Shown piece by piece: positions 1 to 8,011 of a DNA stretch of 24,769 nucleotides; positions within the stretch are counted from its first letter, which is position 1; the number at the start of each line of letters is the position of its first letter. Position numbers and translations under genes: made by a program. The stretch covers positions 1-24,769 of the forward strand of contig JBFXLE010000034.1 in NCBI GenBank assembly GCA_050173015.1, given 5' to 3'. The notes beneath the pieces were generated by a model. That model made no database searches. It had not been told where the DNA came from and saw only the letters and a list, made by a program, of their open reading frames with translations. This DNA comes from Calditrichaceae bacterium (lineage in GTDB: Bacteria; Calditrichota; Calditrichia; Calditrichales; JBFXGD01).

Positions 1-4
1 AAAA

Positions 5-30
5 TTTCTCAAAGGGATCCCTTTGAGAAA
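5..30. repeat. perfect 26-bp palindrome (TTTCTCAAAGGGA|TCCCTTTGAGAAA)
   Basis: Bases 5-17 are the exact reverse complement of 18-30, with no loop. It lies downstream of the minus-strand operon. Confidence 0.85.
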
Positions 31-97
31 GGAAAAACAAAAGATATTTGTCAAGAGAAATATACCAAAATCTGTAAACCTATTTCAGGACTTGACA

Positions 98-147
98 AAG
101 TGGGAAGTAAGAAGTAGGAAGTAAGAATTAAGAACGTTAAGAGTAGG
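98..147 (+). repeat. purine-rich heptamer tandem repeat (AAGTGGG/AAGTAAG/AAGTAGG...)
   Basis: Degenerate 7-mers. Bases 105-144 align to 24263-24303 with one indel and one mismatch. Confidence 0.8.
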
Positions 148-883
148 ATTGTCCCAATTTGGGCGCCCGGTCACTTATCCTGAATACAAACTGCCTCTCC
201 CACCAAACCCTTTTTTCAGCAGCAAGCGTCAGCCGAAAATTATTCTCCGTGGCGATGGAGGCGATCCGCCCGATTTCCACACCATCACTCAAACTCATCA
301 GCGCGAGGCTATCGGGATGGAGATACGGTTTGAGTCCGGCGAACAACTTCCGAAAGTACTCAAAATTTTCACCGCGGTACCAGGCGTAATCCGCTTCATT
401 TTTGGGAATGCCCGGATAGTACGGCGGATTAATCACAATGATGTCATATTTTTCTTCCGGTAGCCGCTCAAAAAGATCCGATCGCAGGATATTTATATTT
501 ACATGATTTTTGACGGCGTTTTCCTTTAAATTATCGACGGCGGTCCGGCTGATATCTGTCGCCGTTACTTTCGCGCCTCTTTTCGCGGCCCATATGGAAA
601 TGAGACCGCTGCCCGCTCCAGGCTCCAGCAGTGTCTTGTTCTTAAGCTCGATATTTTCCAGATAGTTTATCAAAAATCGTGTACTGAAAAAGAAGCCGGG
701 GTGAAAAACGCCGGGGGCGATTCGCAAATGAATATCTTTATAATGGTAAGAATGAGGAAAGCGCAGATAGATGGAAAGCGGGGGCTTTATCACTGTCGCC
801 GCAAACAGACGGAGTATCTTCCGTAAACCGGATGTTTTAAACCGCGCCCGATCTTTTTTGGCGATGGTTAACGCGCCGGGCAT
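137..883 (-). CDS. class I SAM-dependent methyltransferase, HemK/PrmC/MTS-like (NPPY motif)
   Basis: Motif I LLEPGAGSG, ATDIS, SDLF and DIIVINPPYY, plus the N-terminal GVFHP motif. The ATG is 1 nt after the stop of the upstream radical SAM gene. Confidence 0.85.
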   Translation of the reverse strand: MPGALTIAKKDRARFKTSGLRKILRLFAATVIKPPLSIYLRFPHSYHYKDIHLRIAPGVFHPGFFFSTRFLINYLENIELKNKTLLEPGAGSGLISIWAAKRGAKVTATDISRTAVDNLKENAVKNHVNINILRSDLFERLPEEKYDIIVINPPYYPGIPKNEADYAWYRGENFEYFRKLFAGLKPYLHPDSLALMSLSDGVEIGRIASIATENNFRLTLAAEKRVWWERQFVFRISDRAPKLGQSYS

Positions 884-884
884 A

Positions 885-2390
885 TCAAAATCCTTCCACT
901 TCCGGATGGCGGTACCGGAGCCAGAATCGTTGGAGAATTTTCAGCTCGTATGGCATACGGAACCGGTTCTTCTCATACCGGAATCGCGACAGGGTTTGCA
1001 TTACCCTCCGCTGAAACCGGGATAATTTGATATCGGAAACCGTCGGGAAGCGAGCGTTTAGCACCGTTTCAAAATTCAGGATCTTTTCAATCATCTCCGG
1101 GGTGAGCCAGGGTGTCAGCGGATTCTTGCGGAGATCAAAATTTTCCCATTCCGGACTCAGCCAGTCTTCCAGCTTTTCGGGGAAACGGAAGCCGCTTTTT
1201 TGAACCGCGTCGAACAATTCCGATCCTTCCGTCGGGACCGGACTGTACACATAGATAATGATCTCGGTGGCCGGATTGATCTCCTTGATCTCTTTAATAA
1301 ACGCGATATCGCTGTCGATCTGCCGCGTCACCTGTTCGGGCGTATTGGCCGGGGTGCCGAGCACAAAGGAATACTCCGGGATAATATCAAATTTGGCCAG
1401 ACGGGCAGCGAATTTTTTGATCTGTTCACCGCTTTGGGAACCGCCCTTGTTCATCTGTTTTAATACGGCGTCGTTTCCCGTTTCCGCCCCAAAAAAGATC
1501 ATCTTACACCCGGATTCTCTCATCTCACGGAGCGAGTCATCAGAGTAATAACTTACCGTATCGATCCGCGCTTCGCCCCACCAGTTCATTTTTTCGGGTT
1601 TGATCAGCCGGGCAAATTCAACAGCGCGTTTTTCGGATACAAAAAAATTATTATCATGAAATTCTATCGCGTCGGCTCCGTATGTTTCTTTCAGATATTT
1701 GATATCATCATAGATTCTTTGTGCCGATTTGCCTTTCCAGCGGGCTTTGTAAATGGGAACGACGGCGCAAAAAGAGCAGAAAAACGGACATCCGGCGCTG
1801 GAATGATAAGCGGCCGTTTTATTTCCCAGACAGGTTTTACCGAGATAGCCGTCCATGGAATAGGTTTGAGACAGTTTTTCGTAAGGCAGGGATGGCAAAA
1901 GGTTTTGATCCGGTATGGGAGTCTCCGGGGTTTTAATGATCTGGCCATCGCGCTTGAAAATAAGGTTACTGACGCTGTCGGTTGATTTCCCGGCTTCAAG
2001 ATGATTCAGCAGAGCGGGCAGGGTCTCGTCACCCGGACCGGATACCACGAAATCAACAAACCCGGAATTGAGCGCCGCCTGATACTGATTACCCGCGAAA
2101 TAACCTCCCCAGATGATCATCACCTTTGGGAAAAACCGGCGTATTTTTTTCGAGAAGGGAATGGCCTGTTTCAGTTGCATCGCGGGCATGGTGGTGCAAC
2201 CAAAATATCTGAATTCACCTGTCCCAAGATAGTTGACAATCGTCGTCCAGGGATCTTTTTCCCGGTTGCCGTCCACAAAAACATAGTCGAATTTCCCATC
2301 CAGCGCGGCTCCCAGCTGAAGAATGGTGTTGGGAATACGGTGTTTCGATTTGGCGCTGCGCGGATTAAACAGAATGACTTTGTTTCTCAT
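885..2390 (-). CDS. cobalamin (B12)-binding radical SAM protein
   Basis: N-terminal B12-binding domain (VILFNP, IIWGGYF, DFVVSGPGD), CPFFCSFC (CxxxCxxC), FHDNNF and FFGAETG. Confidence 0.92.
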   Translation of the reverse strand: MRNKVILFNPRSAKSKHRIPNTILQLGAALDGKFDYVFVDGNREKDPWTTIVNYLGTGEFRYFGCTTMPAMQLKQAIPFSKKIRRFFPKVMIIWGGYFAGNQYQAALNSGFVDFVVSGPGDETLPALLNHLEAGKSTDSVSNLIFKRDGQIIKTPETPIPDQNLLPSLPYEKLSQTYSMDGYLGKTCLGNKTAAYHSSAGCPFFCSFCAVVPIYKARWKGKSAQRIYDDIKYLKETYGADAIEFHDNNFFVSEKRAVEFARLIKPEKMNWWGEARIDTVSYYSDDSLREMRESGCKMIFFGAETGNDAVLKQMNKGGSQSGEQIKKFAARLAKFDIIPEYSFVLGTPANTPEQVTRQIDSDIAFIKEIKEINPATEIIIYVYSPVPTEGSELFDAVQKSGFRFPEKLEDWLSPEWENFDLRKNPLTPWLTPEMIEKILNFETVLNARFPTVSDIKLSRFQRRVMQTLSRFRYEKNRFRMPYELKILQRFWLRYRHPEVEGF

Positions 2391-2471
2391 GATTTGCCGC
2401 CTGTCATGGACAAGATGAAGTCCCCGCTTATTTTATATCCATTTAAATAATGTTAAGATTGATTTCATCCT

Positions 2472-3779
2472 TTATAACCTAACTTCCCGCAAAACCATTT
2501 CATGCTTTAATAATTGCCATTTTTCGATAAGCAGATAAGAGATAAGCATCAGCCATTGGGTCATCGCGGCCGCGGCGATGGCGCCGGTAATCCCGAACAA
2601 TGGAATAAAGATCAGGTTCAGGGTCAAATTTGAAATGATCCCGCCGATGTTCACATAGACCACCTGATTCTGCCGGCCGGTTTTAAATAATAAATAAATC
2701 CGTGTGATGTAATAATAAACCGGGATGGCGTATATCCCGCCCCAAAAAAGAGCCATAATGGGAATTTCAACCTGATAGATCCAGTGTATAACCGCGAAAA
2801 TAACCGGTATGCCTGCCAGAGTGATGCCCGTTCCCGCCAGGACTAGTTGCAGAGATAGTTTATTCAGAACAGCGTTTCCCATCCGGTATATGTTTTTTAT
2901 AAACGGCTGGATAATTACGTTGGCCACGATCTGTATATAAATCAATAGATTAATGAAAATCTGATACGCGCCGGCATCCTTTTCCGGCAAGAACCAGGTT
3001 ACACAGTAAAGATCCATTTTTGACTGAAGCATTCCCGTAAGCCCGAGAGCAAAAAACGGAAATGCCGCGGTAAAGATTCGGATCCGGAAACGCAGGGAAA
3101 ATCGTTCAAAGATATCTTTTGCGAAAATGAAGATGAGTATCATTCCTTTTAAAATGATACTTCCCATAAAAAGAACGCAGATCAGATTCAGGGTAAGCCT
3201 GTCACTGAATAACATGATACCGCCCGCGAGAAGCAGGGTGACGGAGGCTTCCGCCGCGAAGGCCGGAACAAATTTCCGCTTGTAAACAATCAGAGCTTCA
3301 AAAGACTGACAGATCATCGCTCCCGCCATCCAGAAAACGATAACCCATTTTTGAATCACGTGAACAGGGATAAAAAACAAAAGAAAAACGGCAATTCCGA
3401 ATAAAATCATCCTGCTTTGGATGTTTTCCTGCCAAATTTCAGAAATGGATTGGGGATGATTGCTTATATCCCGCAGGACAAATTCTTTGTTTCCCCAGTA
3501 CAGAATGTGGTTCACCAGATTCATTACGATAAGTACAGCAACAAATCCGCCCCACAATTCAACCGATTCAAAGCGTACGATCAGCAGAGAGATGAACACG
3601 GAAAGCACAGGCGTTATCAGTGTGTAGAGCGAGTTGCCCAAAACTGGAATCAGGCGTTTCCGTGTTCTGCGGTTAAAAGGATACAATATTTCTCCCAAAA
3701 CAATGATTCGTGTTCTATCTGATAGGCCCTTTTGTTCTGTTTGCCACCGATGGTCCGAAATAAATTTCATGATAATCAT
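2472..3779 (-). CDS. Wzx/MATE-like oligosaccharide flippase (polysaccharide biosynthesis protein)
   Basis: Many hydrophobic helices, KMDLYCV...AGAYQ and the C-terminal NLTLNLIFIPLFGITGAIAA typical of Wzx/Polysacc_synt_C. The start is uncertain: the ATG at 3779 overlaps the upstream GT by 65 nt, and an in-frame TTG at 3698 is a plausible alternative. Confidence 0.8.
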   Translation of the reverse strand: MIIMKFISDHRWQTEQKGLSDRTRIIVLGEILYPFNRRTRKRLIPVLGNSLYTLITPVLSVFISLLIVRFESVELWGGFVAVLIVMNLVNHILYWGNKEFVLRDISNHPQSISEIWQENIQSRMILFGIAVFLLFFIPVHVIQKWVIVFWMAGAMICQSFEALIVYKRKFVPAFAAEASVTLLLAGGIMLFSDRLTLNLICVLFMGSIILKGMILIFIFAKDIFERFSLRFRIRIFTAAFPFFALGLTGMLQSKMDLYCVTWFLPEKDAGAYQIFINLLIYIQIVANVIIQPFIKNIYRMGNAVLNKLSLQLVLAGTGITLAGIPVIFAVIHWIYQVEIPIMALFWGGIYAIPVYYYITRIYLLFKTGRQNQVVYVNIGGIISNLTLNLIFIPLFGITGAIAAAAMTQWLMLISYLLIEKWQLLKHEMVLREVRL

Positions 3780-4854
3780 TTACGGTTTCATTAATTGTTT
3801 TCAGCAGAATCGGGCTGTGATCCTGGGCCGTTCTCATAAGGCTGCTGATTGCTTCAACGAAATTTTCATTATTTTTACAAATTACCGTTTTATGGCCGGA
3901 TTCCGGATAACCGGTATCATGTTTTACCAGGTAAAGTCCCGCGAAAAGCGCTTCGAGAAAAACATATCCCTGCGCCTCATATTCCGACGTATGCAGAAAA
4001 ATCCGGCTTCGTGTGAGAAATGAAATAACTTCTGCCCGGCTTAAATGACCCGTCAGCCGGATGTTTTTATCAAGATTCAGACCGGTAATCATTTCCGCAA
4101 GCTGATCACGCTCCGTGCCATCGCCGATGATGACGCACCGGATATTTGGAAATTCGATTCTCAGCTCATAAATGATTTCAATAAACAACCGGAAATTTTT
4201 TAACGGGATCAGCGCGCCGACGCCGATGATATCGATATCGCGTTGGCTGTGATTCTGCGAAAATTCAGGCATATCCCGGTCAATACCGATGGGAATGATG
4301 TGATCTGTCGTCCGGCCTGTCGATTCAAAAAAACGGCGCGCCGCCGTTTGCGATCCGCAGGTCACGGTCATTTTGGAGAAATTCAGCCGCCGGAGATATG
4401 GATTCGATTTGAGAGCATCCTGTCCCATGGCCGATGCCACATGCGCCGCTCCGAGAATCCCCGCCAACCATTGTCCGATCAGGGTTGTTTCACTCAGCCA
4501 GAAACTGTGGATGACAGATATCTTTGCGCCGGCGCGAATCCGGATCAGAACCGCCGCCGCGCGAAACCAGACCATCAGACGGAAAATTCCGCCTTTATTT
4601 TTTCCTCCGCAGCTGTAAACGGAGATGTGATTCCGATAATACCAGCCGCGGATAAACGGGTATTGAAAAGCAATGACGATTGTTCGCAAACCCGGATGTG
4701 TTTGAGAAAAATGCAGGATATAATTCTGCAAAGCGGGAATACAGGAAGTGTCCTTTTCATCCTCCGGGAATCCGGGCACAAGAAATACGATTAGTTTCTC
4801 CGTTTTTTCGGATGACAGTCTTTTCATTTTAGAGCCTGAGCTTATATAAATCAT
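3715..4854 (-). CDS. glycosyltransferase family 4 (GT-B fold)
   Basis: IIGVGALIPLKN, IIGDGTER, LTGHLSR and an EX7E motif (EAQGYVFLE). Start at 4854 or the next Met. Confidence 0.88.
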   Translation of the reverse strand: MIYISSGSKMKRLSSEKTEKLIVFLVPGFPEDEKDTSCIPALQNYILHFSQTHPGLRTIVIAFQYPFIRGWYYRNHISVYSCGGKNKGGIFRLMVWFRAAAVLIRIRAGAKISVIHSFWLSETTLIGQWLAGILGAAHVASAMGQDALKSNPYLRRLNFSKMTVTCGSQTAARRFFESTGRTTDHIIPIGIDRDMPEFSQNHSQRDIDIIGVGALIPLKNFRLFIEIIYELRIEFPNIRCVIIGDGTERDQLAEMITGLNLDKNIRLTGHLSRAEVISFLTRSRIFLHTSEYEAQGYVFLEALFAGLYLVKHDTGYPESGHKTVICKNNENFVEAISSLMRTAQDHSPILLKTINETVNDYHEIYFGPSVANRTKGPIR

Positions 4855-4917
4855 TACCGGCGTTCATCAATAGCGATTATCCTGAAAATGGGTTCTGTAC
4901 TCTTCAGCTTAGCGGGA

Positions 4918-5718
4918 TTACTCTCCCTGATCGATCGCGATCCAGGGAAACGGGCGTCTGATTATTCCGAAAAAACGGTTTGTCAATCTGCCGGGATTGA
5001 ATAAAACGCGATGATTGAATGAAATCAGGTCGTCAAATGAATGATGAAAATATAATCCGGCTAAATCCGGGAAGCCAATATCCTTATAGTAAGCAAATGA
5101 ACGCTCCCTGGCTTTGACGATTTCACCGGAGTCATACACCGGGCTGTCAATGATATGAATTTCCCCTTTTGGGGAAAGAATTCTAAATAACCGCCCCATC
5201 AGCGCCTTTAAATCGGGAAAGTACTGAATGGAGCTGGCGAGCAGAATGATATCAAAACGTTCAGATTGAAAAATATCATCAAAAATATTAGCGTAAACGA
5301 AATGTATTTGCGGGTTTGAACCGGACACTCTTGCCGCCTGCTCAAGCTCAATGCTGTTTACATCCAAACCGTAAACGGTGCTTTTTGGCAATGCCGTCAG
5401 ACGGCGGGCCAGCCACCCGTTGCCGCAGCCAATCTCAAGTATTGTGAGCCCGTTTCCTCTTTGCGATAAATAGGATTTTAGCTGCCGGAATGATTCCGCC
5501 CGGATTTTCCACTCACTGTAATAGGGGTGCTTTTTACCGATTTCGGGGAGAAGCCTGACGATTTCATCCGTATATATTCTACCTTCTTTTTTTCTGAGCT
5601 TTAGATATTTTTCTTCATATGTAAGGAAGGTATCCGGCGAAGAAAGATACCTCACCTGATTACGCGACGGTTTGTGATCTTTGGTGGCCGTTTCATTTTT
5701 CGCGGGCTTGTCTTCCAT
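4918..5718 (-). CDS. class I SAM-dependent methyltransferase
   Basis: ILEIGCGNG, YGLDVN, FDIILLASSIQYF and LSPKGEI. Strong RBS (AAGGAGG) just upstream of the ATG at 5718. Confidence 0.9.
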   Translation of the reverse strand: MEDKPAKNETATKDHKPSRNQVRYLSSPDTFLTYEEKYLKLRKKEGRIYTDEIVRLLPEIGKKHPYYSEWKIRAESFRQLKSYLSQRGNGLTILEIGCGNGWLARRLTALPKSTVYGLDVNSIELEQAARVSGSNPQIHFVYANIFDDIFQSERFDIILLASSIQYFPDLKALMGRLFRILSPKGEIHIIDSPVYDSGEIVKARERSFAYYKDIGFPDLAGLYFHHSFDDLISFNHRVLFNPGRLTNRFFGIIRRPFPWIAIDQGE

Positions 5719-5726
5719 ATACCTCC

Positions 5727-6545
5727 TTAATTTTTAACGATGGTCATGTCGGATTTGACCGGAACATCGGCGGCAGATTCCATATCCGGACTCCGGGGCG
5801 TCAGGACATAACATACATGGTCTCCCCCGAAAAAACCGGGCACATATGCGCCGATTTTCTTATCGGTTGACAACAGCCAATCCGTCAGGCTACGGAAAAC
5901 ACGCAGGCGGCGGTATTGCTCCGGTGAGGGCAGGATTGAACAAAGGTGGATTCGCCGGATGACGCGGAATCGGTTGCGGAAAGGCTTTGTCCCGTGATAA
6001 TAAATCTCTGTGTCCCTGATGATCAGATGTTTTCGTATAAGCCTTCGGAAGATCTGACCGAACTTGAACCGCATAAGCAGTTCGAGAATTGTGAAAAAAT
6101 GGAACGGCGGCATGGAAACTACCATAAGAATACCTTTTTTATTCAGCATGGATGTCAGACGGGATAATACATCCTTCAGATTTCCGAAAACATTAATCAC
6201 GCCAAAATTCAGAACGATAAAATCATATTTACGGCCGGGGATAAATTCTTCCAGGGAGGATTGAATGATCCGGGCATTGAGACGCCATTCTTCGGCGCGT
6301 CGCCGGGCAAGATCAATCATATTCCCCGAAACATCGATAGCGTCGATTTTAAGGTTAAAATGGCTGTAAAATTCAAAATCTGATCCGGGTCCGCATCCGG
6401 CATCAAGGATATGATCAGATTTTTCAAGAAAAGGGCGCATTTCCTCATGCGTTACGGCCCGTTGATACATCCCCAGCGGATGTTCATTGAACAGGGTTTG
6501 ATAGGACGCCGCATAGTTGTCGAACAACTTTTCAGCCGGCATCAT
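5727..6545 (-). CDS. class I SAM-dependent methyltransferase
   Basis: FDNYAASY, ILDAGCGPG, AIDVSGNM, YDFIVLNFG and LNKKG. The start overlaps the upstream stop (TGATG). Confidence 0.9.
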   Translation of the reverse strand: MMPAEKLFDNYAASYQTLFNEHPLGMYQRAVTHEEMRPFLEKSDHILDAGCGPGSDFEFYSHFNLKIDAIDVSGNMIDLARRRAEEWRLNARIIQSSLEEFIPGRKYDFIVLNFGVINVFGNLKDVLSRLTSMLNKKGILMVVSMPPFHFFTILELLMRFKFGQIFRRLIRKHLIIRDTEIYYHGTKPFRNRFRVIRRIHLCSILPSPEQYRRLRVFRSLTDWLLSTDKKIGAYVPGFFGGDHVCYVLTPRSPDMESAADVPVKSDMTIVKN

Positions 6546-7936
6546 CAGGCGGTTCTCACTGCTGACAGTTTCCGGATCTGGTAATCGCAGTATCGTGTCT
6601 TGATACCGTAAAACACCATTTTAAGCGTTGATCCGTCGTTGAGCGCGAGCTGTTTTTTTCTGAATTCACTGGCCAGTTTTCTTGAAGCGAACTTATACAA
6701 TTGCTTTGGAAACCGGTCCGCCATATCCAGTTCTCTCTGAAGCTGCTTTTCCCAGGGGGAATGATAAATGACTATACCGCTGAATTCCTCATACATGGCG
6801 GTGCCGCGCAGGGGGTAGGCAACGGTGGTGAGATAGTGATCGGGTTGCAGGTCGCGTATGAACCGTATCGTTTCCAGAATATCGGTCAGTTCTTCTCCGG
6901 GGTATCCGAACATGACAAAAATACCTGATTCGATGTGAAACTTGCGGCATAATCCGGTCGCTTCACGGATCTGCTGCCGGGTGACGCCTCTGGACATGGC
7001 GTTAAGCACATGCTGACTGCCGGATTCAGCGCCGTACCAGATTCGGTAACAGCCGAGTTCCCTGAGTATGGTGACAATTTCTTCATCCAGCCGGTCGGCG
7101 CGCGCGATACATTCGAAAGGCAAATGAATGTTTTCAGCTTTCATCAGCTTATGAAAATTCTGAAGCCAGCGTTTACTAACCGTAAAAACATCATCGGCGA
7201 ACCATAGATGAGTGGGATTGTATTTTTGAATGATTTCTTTTATTTCCGCGATTACATTTTCCGGTGACCGGCGCCGGTGAGTGAATCCGTAAACGGAATG
7301 ACTGCACCATTTGCATGTAAACGCGCATCCTCTCGCGGTTACAAGAGAAACAGGACGCTGTTTATGATGTTTCTCCCACACGTGCAGGTATCTGTTCAGA
7401 TTAATGGCCTCCCGGTCAGGAAACGGAAAATCATTAAGACTTCTCCGACTCGCGCAGCGCTGATTCTCCACAATTTTGCCATTTGAATCCCTGAAACTGA
7501 CATTGGGGATATCATGCAGAAAATACAGCCCGTTCTTTTTAAGGCGGTTGACAACCGATAAAAAGACTTCTTCGCCCTCTCCTGAAATGACGATATTGGC
7601 GCCGTAATTTAAAAATTCTTTCACCTGGGTGGAGGCGTCAGGCCCGCCGAGAACGGAGATGATTCCTTTCTTTCTGCAGTAGCGGATGAGTTTCATGACA
7701 TTATACTTGGTTAACAGATTGCAGTGGATTCCAAGCACATCAGGTTTGGCGCGGTTTAGAAATCGGATAAGTTTTGGGAATGAAGAAAATGTCGTATCAT
7801 AAACCGACACATCGATTTCGTTCTGTTTGAGATAAGCGGAAAGATAAAGCAGTCCGAGAGGCGGATACGGTTTCATTATTCTTTTTTCCTGCTCGTCTTC
7901 TTTTAAAAAATAGGTATGTGCCAGGATGACTTTCAT
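6545..7936 (-). CDS. cobalamin (B12)-binding radical SAM protein
   Basis: YPPLGLLYLSAYL, VLGGPDAS, GEGE, ARGCAFTCKWC, FADDVF, GAESGS, FGYPGE and YPLRGT. Confidence 0.93.
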   Translation of the reverse strand: MKVILAHTYFLKEDEQEKRIMKPYPPLGLLYLSAYLKQNEIDVSVYDTTFSSFPKLIRFLNRAKPDVLGIHCNLLTKYNVMKLIRYCRKKGIISVLGGPDASTQVKEFLNYGANIVISGEGEEVFLSVVNRLKKNGLYFLHDIPNVSFRDSNGKIVENQRCASRRSLNDFPFPDREAINLNRYLHVWEKHHKQRPVSLVTARGCAFTCKWCSHSVYGFTHRRRSPENVIAEIKEIIQKYNPTHLWFADDVFTVSKRWLQNFHKLMKAENIHLPFECIARADRLDEEIVTILRELGCYRIWYGAESGSQHVLNAMSRGVTRQQIREATGLCRKFHIESGIFVMFGYPGEELTDILETIRFIRDLQPDHYLTTVAYPLRGTAMYEEFSGIVIYHSPWEKQLQRELDMADRFPKQLYKFASRKLASEFRKKQLALNDGSTLKMVFYGIKTRYCDYQIRKLSAVRTA

Positions 7937-8011
7937 TAATGGTTTTCCCGTCGATTATATTGTTGTTAATGAAACATTTTTACTGTTCCGCGGCTTAATA
8001 TTTCAAAAATC

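Noticed and set aside
2433-2468. Minus-strand mini-ORF MKSILTLFKWI* between the flippase and an rSAM, as a possible RiPP precursor
   Set aside because: Only 11 codons, a poorly placed RBS and no leader/core structure. The operon has no peptidase, RRE or peptide exporter, and the GT/flippase context favours a glycan.
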